DNA of 64,000 nucleotides from Leucoraja erinacea (taxonomy: Eukaryota): positions 1,612,001 to 1,676,000 of the forward strand of contig NC_073420.1 in NCBI RefSeq assembly GCF_028641065.1. The letters run 5' to 3'. A program made the position numbers and the translations under genes. Below the pieces are notes generated by a model, which worked only from the letters and a program-made list of their open reading frames with translations, was not told the origin of the DNA and ran no database searches. Below are positions 1 to 12,690 of the stretch, in pieces; the stretch's first letter is position 1; the number at the start of each line of letters is the position of its first letter.

Positions 1-1794
1 CTGTTGAATAACTCTCCGATCTGTTGCATCTTTTTATTCAAGTTCTGGGGCTTTCTCTGTTGTCCTCTCATTGTTTGGGTTGGATGGAAACTACTTCCTG
101 CCAAAGAACGTAGCTGGAATGTGGAATGTCAGATCTGCCAAGCCATGAAGGTTCTCTGGCGTGAGCCGAGGAAGCAATTTTTGGCTGAGATGTCTGACTG
201 GGAATTAAACGTCTCCAAACGCAGCACCGTTGGGGATAGGGTGGCGTAGCAGTCTAGGTGGTGGCTGACAGCCAGCATTCCTGACCAGTAATATTAGTTC
301 AAATCCCACCAGAGCAGCTGCAACTTCTAAATTTAAGTATTTGAATATACGCCTGGAACTGTTGAAAAGTTTCGGCAACTACCAGATGTTTGTAAAATAC
401 AATCTTGTTCACGAATGTTTACTTTAGAGATACAGCATGGAAACTGGCCGGTCAGCCCACACTGACCATCGATCATCTGTTTGCACTAGTTCCGTTTTGA
501 ACCTTCGCATCTACTCCCGACACAATTAGAGCAATAGACAATAGGTGCAGGAGTATGCCATTCGACCCTTCGAGCCAGCACTACCATTCAATGTGATCAT
601 GGCTGATCATCCACAATTAGTACCCCGTTCCTGCCTTCTCCCCTTATCCCCTGACTGCTACCTAGCTCTCTTTTGAAAGCATCCAATTTACAGAGGCTAA
701 TTAACCCAAACATGTCCTTTGGCACACTCACCCAAACAACGTTATGTATTAATTGGATGTGAATTTAACTGCCATTAGGCTTTAAACAAGATGTACATTC
801 ATTGAGAAATCCACGTACCTTTTTCCATGCAAATAAAAAAATGTGTCTAATTTGTGTGCGCCTTGCAGAGCTGTGGTTCAAAGAACGAGAGGGGGGAGGG
901 GGCTTTATTAAGTGTCGTACAGTCCGGAAATAGGACGTTGAGCCCAACTTATCCGTGCCCATCAAGATGCCACATCTAAATTAGTCGCACCTGCCTGCCT
1001 GCTTTTGACCCGTATCACTCTAAACCTTTCCTATCCATGTAGCTGTTAAATGGTAAATGCTGCTTCAGAGGCGACTACTCTCTTCCTTGATTTTGCAAAG
1101 TGTTAGAAAACCATTTTTGAGTTGAGAAACCATGGCCGATTTTGGTGTTTTACTCGAAAGGAGAATGGCCTTTTCCTTGCAGTTTAGTCTTTAAAAATTC
1201 TGATCTAACAAATGCTATCCTACACAAAGATTTAAAAAAGCCATATAATGCCTTACTTTTGATGAAATTCAGCGGGAAAACGCGTTTTATATATTCCCCG
1301 ATATCCTTTTTGGACCTAGAACTTAAATATCACCTCGGCAATTGTCGGCTCCTGACTTCCGGTGGATCAGTTTGGTACACCTTCAGTTCCCTCTTGACAT
1401 TTACCGATTTTTTGCTAAATTTTTCTTTTTGACCCTGTAAATTTAGGTAGCTGTGCCTCACTGAAGGTCAGCGGCCGACTGGCACAGTGAAATTGCAGCT
1501 CTCGGGAAACCTTGCCGCGCTGAATTTCTATGTTTTTATTCAGCGTGGGAAAATGCGATATTTTTCCCATCCACTAATTGTCATGTATAGCATGTCTACC
1601 TTCAGTTCCCTCTTGTAAGACTTTCTATCATTTTTTTGGTCACTGAACATTTAGGTCGCGGATCACCACGCTCCAGTGACCTTTAGTGAAATCACCCTAT
1701 AGACAGCACCTGTAGTCAGGATCAAACCCGAGCCTCTGGCACTTAGGGGCCTCAACTCTACCCACTGTGCCACACTGCGATGTTTATGTTTTGA

Positions 1795-1974
<180 letters not shown>

Positions 1975-4900
1975 GGCGGCTCCCAGGAGGGGAGGAGGCC
2001 GGGGTGGCCTTTCCTCCTCCCGCCCTCGTCCAGTAGTTCTGTCGACTGTTCTAGAATATTTTCCCCCCTCTCTCTGAGGAAACTCCTTCCTTGGGGGATG
2101 GGGGGGTTGGGGTTTGGGGCGGAATTGTATGATTTTTATTTTTATCTCTCTCTCTCTCTTTTTCTGTCTGTCCACGCTGGTGAATTAGGGCTCGGTGCTT
2201 CGGCCCAAGTGTGAGGGAGGGGGGGGGGGGGTCGTCGTGCTGGGCCGCCCACTGCGCCTGCGCGCACCCCAAACCCAGTTCCCGCCATTTCCCCCCGGCC
2301 TTCCGCGCATGCGCTCAGCACGTCCGCCGGGGATCTCGCCGTCTGCGCACGCGCCCTGCGCTCGCGGGCCGGCCTTCTGCGCCTGCGCGCCCCAGTTCCC
2401 GCCATCGCCAACTGCCAGCTTCCCCGCGCGCGCGTCCGGCTCTCCGGTTTCGCCTTCTGCGCATGCGCCATGCACTCGCGGGCCGGCCTTCTGCGCGCCC
2501 CGTTCCCGCCATCACCAACTGCCAACTCCCCGCGCGTGCGCCGGCCCCGGCCGCCATTTTGGCCCCGAGGTAGAGGAGACGACGCGCTCCCGTCGTCGTC
2601 GTCTGTCGGATGGAGACTTCCTCCTGGGGATTGTTAAGACGGAGGAGGGTTGGGGGGTTTAAGGCCTTCCTCCCCTCCTGCTTGTAACCCTCGTCGTTCT
2701 CTCTCGCCGGGCGGGTGAGTCGGGGTGCAGCTCGTCAATGCCGGTGGGGCGAGTTGAGGGGGGGGGGGGGGGAGGGACGGGGACGAGCGGCCCTCACGTG
2801 ACCCCCCAGGGCGCAGTACCCCGGTCCCGCCATGTGAGGGCGCGTGTGTGGATGCTCGCTGTAGACATCCACTGGCCGGGGTCAGTACTGCAGGGGGCCA
2901 ATCTGGATGGTTCAATATCCCTTCCTCACCCCCCCCCCCCCTTTGCTATTGCCCATGATGTATATGCATCCCCTTCCTTCCGCATGATGTATATGCATCC
3001 CCTTCCTTCCGCTCACCCACCCCCCTTGCTATTGCCCTCGATGTATATGCATCCCCTTCCTTCCTCTCACCCCCTTCCCATCCCATACCCTATGCATTGG
3101 AGGGCCATCAACAACTCTGAGCTGGGGGCATTGAATATCTTATCTCATGCCATTCCTCCTCAGGTAGACAAGCAATGCTGGAGGATCTCACGACAGGCAA
3201 CGTTTCTGGAGAGCAGGAATGGGTGGCGTTTTGGGTCAAGACCCTACTTCAGACTTGAAACGTCACCCACTCCACGTTCTCCAGAGATATGCTGCCTGCC
3301 CCGCTGAGTTACTCGAGCACTTTATATCTACCTTTTGTGTAAAACAAGCATCTGCGACCCCCCCCCCCCCCCCCCCCCCAGAGCTGCACATTGCATTCAA
3401 TCATCATACCTTAGTGGGATGATAGTCGGGAAGGGAAAGTAGATGTCAACAGGATGTCTATCCTTGCATTTTCCCTCCCTCACTCCCCTCAACACCCCAA
3501 AAATCAGAAACGCTTCCCCCACCCCCAGCACCAAATTATTTTGCCCAGATTTGTCACTCTCTCGCCATGGTGAAGTGGGCCCAAAGTACCACCTTGAGTT
3601 TTATAATAAATTTTATACTATGGCAAAGCAAAAACTATTTTTTCCATTGCTGATATTAACTGCGGTAATTTAAAGGGACAAAAAAAAAAAGCAATGACAA
3701 ATGGTGCTTACATTTTACCTCCAAGCCGTGGGATGACAAAGCTTTTTTTTTAAACTGCATCTCATGGCCATCTGCTCGTTCCACCGCCATGATAGGTCTG
3801 GTGGATTGGGATAATATTTGAGTTTCTATTCGTGCCGGGTTTTTTTTTTAATGAAACCTATTGCATGGACTTTTTAAAAAAAAAACATTTTGGCCTCTCT
3901 CTCTCTTCTGTTTTTGTTTGGAAGAGTTCTTTTTGGAGGGCGGCTCGTCCCAATATATTTTTAAACTCCCCCCCCCCCCCCCCCCCCCTTTTCTCTCTGT
4001 GAACTAAATCTCTGGTGGGGGTGGGGGAGCGATTCATTCAAAATTACTGTTTCCTATGTGAAACCAGTGTCTGAATTCTGTGGTGGTTGGGGAGCAAAGA
4101 ACCTGGTTCTTCATTGTTGAATGAGATTATTTCAGAATCTGGATTATCCAAGCTTGTCTGTAAACTTTTGACTGTGTGGTTGATTGGCTTTAAAAGAAAA
4201 TCTCTCGCCCACCAGATGCACAGTGTGTGAGTGTCTCTCGGGGGGTCGCTCAGCAAGATATGGGCAAGATCAGCCATAATCCCACCATTTAGGGTCCTGA
4301 ATGGATGTGAGCCCCTTGCACATAATATGGAGGTCTCCTTGGTCTGCTGACTGTTCGGGCTGCACTGATGAGGAAACTGTGTGATCATGGTTCAAGTTGG
4401 GCATGGGTTTATCAGCATAAACCCAGTGTTTATTAGTGATGGTGTTAGGCAATGTGGAAACAAGAGATTAGAGCTGAATCATGGTGCGGGGGATAGTATT
4501 TAGTCTATCTCTGCCCTAGGATAATGTACAAGAACCATTACTCTAACCTGTGTTCTAACCTCTATCTCTGCCTTGGGAATGCATTCAGGGACTGAGTAGA
4601 GAGAGAGGTGTAGTTTTGTCTCTGCTTTGCAAATCTCTTTCTCCCCCCCATCATCATCATGATTGCTGAGCAAGCATAACCATTGTTTTAAAGAATACTG
4701 TCTGCCATCTCGCCTTTAGGCTGCTCCCCTCCTGCCCGCGCTCCCTTCCCTCTACAGTGAAAAAAAAGATTAAAACGCCTCCCACACTTGCAGCACGAGT
4801 TTCTCTAGTTCACAGCACAGTCCAGGGTATTTTATAATCCAGTCTTTAAATCTTTCATATCAACTACACTGTAGAAAAAGAAAAATGTTTGTAGAAAGGG

Positions 4901-5065
4901 TTTTATTTGTGTTTTAAAAGAAGAAAAATCTAAACCTGTTTGTATGTCTTTCTGAAGAGATTTCTTCATTCGTATTCATGACCTGTCTGCTCTCTCTTCT
5001 TTGACTGCTGTCTTCTTCCTCTGACTATCTTGTACACATTACTATTAAAAGCGTGAAATCTGAAG
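1975..5065 (+). other. Long 3' UTR of the H3.3 gene, with ATTAAA polyA signal at 5044-5049 (AATAAA near 5243 is an alternative)
   Basis: Mostly repeat-free, with A/T and C tracts. GTAGTTCT..CTAGAATATTTTCCC near 2033 and CTATTAAAA near 5042 resemble H3-3A UTR blocks as I recall them. The 3' end is inferred. Confidence 0.55.
2230..2860. promoter_or_regulatory. CpG island with a triplicated NRF1/E2F module and a YY1 site
   Basis: GCGC(A/C)TGCGC-type motifs at 2253, 2305, 2344 (variant), 2378 and 2458; TTCCCGCC at 2279, 2396 and 2503; CCGCCATTTT at 2551. Confidence 0.6.
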
Positions 5066-7788
5066 GCTGAGTTGTGGTCCGTTATTTTTCACCCGTTCAA
5101 TCACTTTTCCCCAAGCTCTTCGACACTGAGATTGCAACCACTGCTCGAGCTTGTCGTTCCCTCTCCCATCCCATCAAAACTTGACCTGTTCCTGCCATCA
5201 AACTAGATCAGAATCTGTCTGGGGCTCGCCCTACCTGATAAACAATAAAAATAAGTCTATATTAAGACCTGAAACATTAACTCAAGATTAGTTTTCCCCC
5301 AAATGCTGCCTGCTATCAGATTCAGATTCAATTTTCATTGTCATTGTCAGTGTACAGTACAGAGACAACAAAATGCATTAAGGGACTATATTGCGTATAT
5401 TCAGGTTTCTCTAAAAGACACACAATGCTGGAGTAACTCAGCAGGTCAGGCAGCATCCCTGGAGAACACACGTTTTTAGTAGGGACTCTTATAGAGTCTT
5501 TCAGATTTCCAGCACCAACACAGCTGCCTGCTTCATGGCACCAGAGACCTAGGTTCAATTTACTGCCTCTATTGCTGCCTTTGCAGAGTTTCTCCATTCT
5601 CCCTGTGACTGTGTGGATCTCTTCAGGGTGCTCTGGTTTCCTCCCACATCCCAAAGACGTGCAGGTTGTAGGTTAATTGGCCCTCTAAATTGCTCTGCGT
5701 GTGGGGAGTGGATGTGAAAGTGGGATAACATAGAACTGACAGACGGTTGGCATGGACCCGGTGGGCTGCCGGTTTCTATAGCAACGAGGAACTGCAGATG
5801 CTGGTTTACACAAATCCTATCACTTAAGAATTACAAAAATGCTAGAGTGACTCAGCATCTCTAGAGAACATGGATAGATAACGTTTCGAGCTGGGACCCT
5901 TCAGAGTGTGGGGGGGGGTGAAACTTTCTGAAAGACTATTGTGTGCACCACATAGAAAATGGGTGCAGGAGGAGGCTATTCGGCCCTTCGAGCCAGCACC
6001 GCCATTCATTGTGATCATGGCTGATCAGCCCCAATCAATAACCTGTGCCCATAGAAAATAGGTGCAGGCTATCCATCGTAATTGAGAACATTTGCTGTCC
6101 AGCCTAATCCTCCTTGGTCTGCGGGAGTCAGTAGATGGACACTCTTTGGGTACAAAGCCACATGGTGTTAAATGTGGTGAGGGTCTCCAACCTGCTCTTG
6201 GGAAACCACAGCCAGTTAGCTTGATATCTGCCAAAGGCAAAAATGTGCAACCCATTATTAAAATAACAATCAGTCGATGTGTTTTTAGAAAAGGGAAATC
6301 ATATTTGACAAGTTTATTAGCATTATTAGAACACGTTGCAAGGTATATGAAAAGGGAGTCAGTAGACTAATAAGTATATTGGATTCTAAAAACAATTTCA
6401 TTAGGTGCTATATAACCAGAGTGCAGGAGGATGAGGGGTGATCTTATAGAGATGTACAAGATCATGACAGGAATAGATGGGGCAAATGCAGTCTTTTAAC
6501 CAGGTTGGGGGAATCGGGAACAAGAGGACATAGGCTTAAATTGGGGGTGGGGTGGGGGAAGGTGAGATTTAATAGGAACCTGGGGGGGGAGATTTAATAG
6601 GAACCTGTGGGGTAACTTTTTTTACACAAAGGGTGGCGGGTATATGGGTTGAGCTGCCAGAAGAGGTAGTTGAGGCAGATATTATCGTACGCTTAAGAGA
6701 CATTTGGACTGGTACATAGATAGGGCAGGTTTAGAGGGTTATGGGTCAAGCGCGGGGCAGTTGGGACGAGCGTCGATGGGGCATGTTGGACGGCATGGGC
6801 TAGTTGACCCGATGGGTCTGTTTCCATACTGTATGGCTGTGACCTTAGGTGACTATTCAAGGTAAGGAACTCGAGTGTGCTGTGGGTAATATATCAGCAT
6901 GAATGGATGACTGGATAACCGACAGAAAAGTGAAAGTTGGGATGAATTGGTTATTTTCCAAGTTGATGGGCTGTAGCAAGTGAGGTGCCACAGTGATGGA
7001 TGTGATGGTACCTTCAACTATGTACAATCAATGTTAATGATGGAGAGGAAGCGACTGAAATCGAGTGGTATAAAGGTGGCTGGTGAAGCAGGCTACAAAA
7101 GTGCGCAAGTGCATTCAGAGTTTAAATGAATTGGTAAAAATAAATTAGCAGATGGAGTATAATGTGAGGTTATCCACTTTAATCAGAATAATGAGAAAAC
7201 TGGTGGCACAAGAAACCGCAAACCCTTGGACGGGTACATGGATAGAAAAGGTTTAGAGGGATGTGGGCCAAATGGGAGCAAATGGAAGGGGCTAATATGA
7301 GGCATGTTGGTCAGCATGGACAAGTTGGGCTGAAAGGCCTGTTTCCATGTATGATTATGAGGACAGCTGATGGAACTCGGCTGATTAGGGCAGCATCTGA
7401 TTTCAGAAAAATTTGTCGGCAACATTTTAGGTTACATAGAAAATAGGTGCAGGAGGTGACCATTCGGCCCTTCGAACCTGCACCGCCATTCAATATGATC
7501 ATGGCTGATCACCTGCCTTCGCTCCATACCCCCTGATCCCTTTAGCCACAAGGGCCACATCTAACTCCTTCTTAAATATAGCCAATGAACTGGCCTCAAC
7601 TACTATCTGCGGCAGAGAATTCCACAGATTCACCACTCTGTGTGAAAAATATTACGGTAGTTCATCTAGAAGCTGCCACTGTTTGAGGGGGAGGGTTGAA
7701 TCATAAGGAAACTAAACAGTGGGACAGTATGTGCTACAATTCTGCATGTGTACTTGCTCCATATCCCCACGAGTGCCCTGGTGCTGCA

Positions 7789-8537
7789 TTAGACGGTTGT
7801 CTCACACTCAGTGCTGTTGTAGGCTGAGAGAGGAGACTCTGCGAGCAGGGAGTTGTGCCTCGATGCCGGGCTGCCCCAGTCATGGTGGGGCTGCTGGTCC
7901 CCCGCACAGCACAGCCTGTGGGCGCAGCGCTGCCCGCACGCCAGCTCACACCCCAGCCCCCGGTCCTCGCCCACCTCCGGCTGCACCGTGACTGCCGCCA
8001 TCCCCTCCCGCCGGAGGAAGGCGGCCAGCCTCCCGGCCGTGCCCGCATCCCGGCACCGGGCATGGGCCATGGCCACCAGCCGCCTGCCAGCCAGCCGCCA
8101 CACATGCAACTCATGCACGGCCTCCACCCCGTCCTGTCTCAGCAGCAGCTCCCGCAGCCGCCGCACATCCAGCCCCCCGGGCACTGCTTGCAGCAGCAGC
8201 AGCGCCGACTCCTTCAGCCGGGGCCAGGACACCCACATGGCCCTGGAGACCACACCGAGACCCAGGGCCGGGTCCAGGTACAGCAACAGCCAGCAGGGCC
8301 AGGCACTCTCCTCCTCCCCCTTGCACTGTCCCACGGAACAGGAGGACCAGGCTGTGTAATGAGCCAACGCGTTCAACAGCAACAGAACCGAGATCGGGGC
8401 ATCCGCCAGCACCCGCGGTGAAGCCCTCTGACAATCCAGGCGCAGCTCTTCGCCCACGGCCCCGGGCTCCTCCAAATCCTCTCCCCACCAGCTCTTGCTT
8501 CGTCCCGGGACATCGGTCAGCGTCTCACTGAGAAGTT
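7789..8537 (-). CDS. SLC30A1/ZnT1-like cation diffusion facilitator, exon 2 (TM5-TM6 and C-terminal domain)
   Basis: TTGCAG acceptor at 8540-8538, phase 1, open to TAA at 7791-7789. Motifs PCWLLLYLDP, LKESALLLLQAVP, GVEAVHELHVWRLAG, TVQPE and CELACGQRCAHRLCC match ZnT1. Confidence 0.9.
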
Positions 8538-8599
8538 CTGCAACAACAGCAGAGCGGGGACGTCAGGCCTACCGTGTCTCCCGGTTGCGAACCATTTTC

Positions 8600-9440
8600 A
8601 TTCCCATTCTTCCCTTCCCTCCCGCACCACCTCCTCCCCGGGCACTTTCTCTTGCAACCGCAAGAGATGCTACACTTGTCGCTTTACCTCTTGGTTCTTG
8701 GTTTCTTGCACCTCCAAAATATTCCAAATGGAATTTAAACTGGAGGTGGTGGAGGGAGGGCTTAAGCCAGAAAGGGTTATTGGGAAGAAAGAGCTACTTT
8801 AAATTTAGTTGCATCTGGTTGGGTAACTATAGTTGGGTGGAGATTATTCCATGCTTTAATTGTAAGAACGAATTGCTGTATACATCCCCCCTTGACTCCA
8901 TTCAAGGACCCAAGCAGTCGTTACAGGTGCGACAGAGGTTCACCTGCACCTCCTCCAACCTTATCTATTGCATCTGCTACTCTAGATGTCAGCTGATCTA
9001 CATCGGTGAGACCAAACGTAGGCTTGGCGATCGTTTCACCGAACACCTTCGCTCGGTCCGCATTAACCAACCTGACCTCCCGGTGGCTCAGCAATTCAAC
9101 TCCCCCTCCGACCTCCGAATCCAACCTCTCTGTTCTGGGCCTCCTCCATGGCCAGAGTGAGCACTGCCGGAAATTGGAACAGCACCTCATATTCCGCTTG
9201 GGCAGTCTGCATCCTAGTGGCATAAACAGTGAATTCTCCAATTTCCGGTAGCCCTTGCTGTCTCCTCCCCTTCTCAGCTCTCCCTCAGCCCTCGGGCTCC
9301 TCATCTTCCTTTTTCCTTTCTTCTCCCCGCCCCCCACCCTCCATCAGTCTGAAGAAGGGTTTCGGCCCGAAACGTTGCCTATTTCCTTCGCTCCATAGAT
9401 GCTGCTGCACCCGCTGAGTTTCTCCAGCGTTTTGTCTACC
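8600..9440 (+). mobile_element. Penelope-like retroelement 3' fragment (GIY-YIG endonuclease plus hammerhead-like tail) in the SLC30A intron
   Basis: FTCTSSNLIYCICYSRCQLIYIGETKRRLGDRFTEHLRSV and RKLEQHLIFRLGSLHPSGINSEF; frameshifted and interrupted at about 8690-8880. CTGAAGA-stem-GAAACGTT at 9349-9376. Confidence 0.85.
9346..9380 (+). ncRNA. Minimal type-I hammerhead-ribozyme-like motif
   Basis: CTGAAGA, then GGGT-TTCG-GCCC hairpin, GAAA and CGTT, directly 3' of the GIY-YIG frame. Activity untested. Confidence 0.6.
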
Positions 9441-10353
9441 CACACTGACCTTTCTGTCCTGGGTCGCTTCCATTGCCAGAGTGAAGCAAACTGGAAGGAC
9501 TGCGTCTGGTATTCCACTTGGGTAGATTACAACCCAACAGAATGAACATGGAAAATAGACACAAAATGCTGGAGTGAAAGATAGGTTAGATGTGGAGAGG
9601 AGAGAGGGTAGACACAACATTCTGGAGTAACCCAGCAGGATAGGCAGCATTTCTGGAGAGAGGGAATGGGTGATGATTCGCGTCGAGACCCTTCTTCAGA
9701 TGTTTTCACTAATGGGAGAATCCAGGCCAGAAGCCTCAGAATAATAGGATGTACTTTTAAGAAGGAGATGAGGGGGGATTTCTTTAGTCAGAGGGTGGAA
9801 TCTATGGAATTCATTGCCACAGACGGCTGTGGAGGCCAAGGGGTTTTTTTAAAGGCGGAGATTGACAAATTCTTGATTAGTATATCAGGGGTTGAAGGGC
9901 CGAATGGCCTCCTCCTGCACCTGTTTTCTATGTTTTTAATCTGGAGGTGTGCGTTTTCACACTTCTGTATATCATGTCTGACGGGAGAGGGGAGAAGAGG
10001 GAGTGACCGGGGTGGGACTGGCCCTTGATTGTGCTGCTAGCCTTGCCGAGGCGGCGTGTGGTGTGACTTGTAACTCAACCAAACTCAACACAGAGAGTGG
10101 TGAGTCTGTGGAATTCTCTGCCTCAGGTGGAGGCCGGTTCTCTGGATGATTTCAAGAGAGAGCTAGATAGGGATCTTAAAGATAGCGGAGTCTGGGGATA
10201 TGGGGAGAAGGCAGGAACGGGGTACTGATTGTGGATGATCAGCCATGATCACATTGAATGGCGGTGCTGGCTCGAAGGGCCAAATGGCCTACTCCTGTTG
10301 TCTATTGTGTTAAAAGTAACAGCGATTAACCATTTCCCCCGGTAAAATCTGAC

Positions 10354-10834
10354 CTTTGTTTTCGCGCTTGCAACCCGTGTCTGCGGAGGGCCAGTCTTGT
10401 GCGTTGTTTGCTCCTCTGAAGATGTAGAAACTGCCCAGGTCGATCAGGAGACTGGTTAACCCGACCCCCACTAGGACCTCGGGGCGTCGGACTGGGCGAG
10501 GTTGCAACAAGCTCTCCACCGTTTTCCCCAGGGCGGCGAAGCAGAGGCCAGTGAGGAACACGCCTTGCACCAGGGCGCCCAGCGGCTCCACCCTCAGCCA
10601 GCCGAAGGTGTTCTTGGCCCGATTGTGGACCCGGCCGGCCCAGTTGAGCCTCCGAGACACCTGCAGCGTGCACAGACCCAGCAGCGTGGAGAAGGTGTGA
10701 AAGGACTGAGAGAGCAGGGCGAGGGAGCAGCACACTTTGCTCGCACTCAGTTGCAACAGCCAGACCGCCAGGGTAAATGCAAGCATCAGATGCAGAGCCA
10801 CGGCGCCCCAACACGAGCGGTGCCTCTTTTGCAT
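10354..10834 (-). CDS. SLC30A1/ZnT1-like, exon 1 (TM1-TM4)
   Basis: ATG at 10834; SLALLSQSFH and KNTFGWLRVEPLGALVQGVFLTGLCF match ZnT1. Donor AAG|GTCAGA is phase 1, matching exon 2. Joined CDS is 1230 nt, about 409 aa, with the 2-exon layout of SLC30A1. Confidence 0.88.
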
Positions 10835-11199
10835 TCTCCACTCTCTCCTTCGAAGTTTATGCACCCGGTGTCGGATGCACACGGGTCCAAAGCAAGCCCT
10901 CTCCGCACGAAACCAGGGCTCAGGACGGAATAAATAACAACACTTTCAAAACCAAATCACGGAATTCCTTCGTGCATTGAAAACTTCATCCTTTGCCTCC
11001 AAGGTTGTGATTTTCCGCCTCTGCTAGCTTGCAACTCCTACTCACGAGCCCAGATAATTAAAATATTTTAACCCATCTCCAACTCGCGGGAACTTTACGC
11101 TGTGTGTAACCTCGAAACAAAAACAGTGCAGTCTGAAGAATGGTGCCGACCTGCCCATGCTCTGCAGAAATGCTGCCTGACCAGTTGAGATTACTCCAG

Positions 11200-11475
11200 C
11201 ACTTCGTGTTTAAGAAAGAACTGCAGATGCTGGAACAATCGAAGGTAGACAGAAATGCTGGAGAAACTCAGCGGGTGAGGCAGCATCTATGGAGCGAAGG
11301 AATAGGTGACGTTTCGGGTCGAGACCCTTCTTCAGACTGCACTGTTTTTGTTGGCCAATAAACTTATTCAGTCTGAATAAGTCGACACCCGAAACGTCAC
11401 CTATTCCTTCGCACCATAGATGCTGCCTCACCCGCTGAGTTTCCCCAGCATTTTTGTCTATCACCACTTCGTGTG
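11200..11475. mobile_element. Non-autonomous Penelope-derived inverted-repeat mini-element
   Basis: Arms at about 11253-11340 and 11367-11460 are reverse complements, each with a hammerhead-like core; flanked by the direct repeat CACTTCGTGT. Confidence 0.65.
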
Positions 11476-11509
11476 TTTTTAAATATAAAACTGGACATCA
11501 CAGGAGTAG

Positions 11510-11736
11510 TTAGACAAAAATGCTGGAGAAACTCAGCGGGTGCAGCAGCATCTATGGAGCGAAGGCGAAACCCTTCTTCAGACTGATGCTGAAGTCTGAT
11601 GCGTCAGTCTGAAGAAGGGTTTCGGCCCGAAACGTCACCTATTTCCTTCGCTCCATAGATGCTGCTGCACCCGCTGAGTTTCTGCAGCATTTTTGTGTAC
11701 CTTCGATCTTCCAGCATCTGCAGTTCCTTCTTGAAC
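11510..11736. mobile_element. Non-autonomous Penelope-derived palindromic mini-element with 15-bp flanking duplication
   Basis: ACATCACAGGAGTAG at 11495-11509 and 11737-11751; inverted arms; intact CTGAAGA..GAAACGTC at 11609-11636. Confidence 0.75.
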
Positions 11737-12249
11737 ACATCACAGGAGTAGGATCTTCGGCCCACAATATTTGTCCCGAACAAGATGCCAAGTTACACTG
11801 ATCCAGCTTCCACGTCATCTATATATATATCCCTCCATCTTTTATATAATGGAACTGTAGATGCTGATTTAAATCGAAGATGGACACAAAATGCTGGAGT
11901 AACACAGCGGGATATAGGCAGCATCTCTGGATAGAACGAAGAGATGAGTTTCTCCAGCACTTTTGTCTATCTTTGATTTTCCAGCACCTGCAGTTCCTTC
12001 TTAAACACTAAAGAAGGGTCCTGCTCAGAAAAGTCACCTGGCCTTTTTCTCCAAAGATGCTGCCTGACCCGCTGAGTTGCTCCAGCACTTTGTGTCTATC
12101 TTCTCATCTAGTTTTAGTTTAGTTTTAATTTTGGAGATACAGCACAGAAACAGGCCCTTCGGCCCACCGAGTCCATACCGACCAGCGATTCCCGCACACT
12201 AGCACTATCCTATATATTAGGGATAATTCAAAATTTTTACCTGAAATCA

Positions 12250-12690
12250 CATTTTTATGCTGAAGAGAAAACTGAAGGGAACTGGCCTTCAAAACAAGCA
12301 TAAGCTAAAGATGACTGCAATACAGGCCTGGCAGAGCATCACCCAGAGAAGACACCCAGCAACTGGTGATGTCCATGAATCGCAGACTTCAAGCAGTCAT
12401 TGCATGCAAAGGATATACAATAAAATACTAAACGTGACTACTTTCATTTACATGACATTGCTGTGTCCCAAACATTATGGTGCCCTGAAATGGGGGGACT
12501 ATGTATAAACACTGCTGTAATTTCTACATGGTGAAACCAAAATGTATAAAAATGGCCTTTATTAAAATCTGACAATGTACATTTTAACCACATGTGATTT
12601 TTTTTAAAGTATTACAAATCTCAAATTGTGGAGTACAGAGGCAAATAAATAAATGATGGGTCTTTGTCCCAAACATTATGGCGGGCACTG
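12250..12690 (+). mobile_element. Tc1/mariner relic (transposase C-terminus and right IR/DR end)
   Basis: LKRKLK..NKHKLKMTAIQAWQSIT; TGTCCCAAACATTATGG occurs twice (about 12465 and 12665); ends CACTG followed by TA. Confidence 0.75.

Noticed and set aside
4-249. ORF containing PRKQ, a possible upstream H3 exon
   Set aside because: Flanking residues do not match histone H3; coincidental.
2142-2662. Several overlapping Arg/Pro/Ala-rich ORFs
   Set aside because: Expected in stop-poor CpG-island DNA; no recognisable domain.
3600-3900. A-rich and U-rich tracts suggesting a MALAT1/NEAT1 triple helix, prompted by 11q13-like synteny
   Set aside because: I see neither the ordered U-rich/U-rich/A-rich layout nor a downstream tRNA-like element; it fits an ordinary H3.3 UTR.
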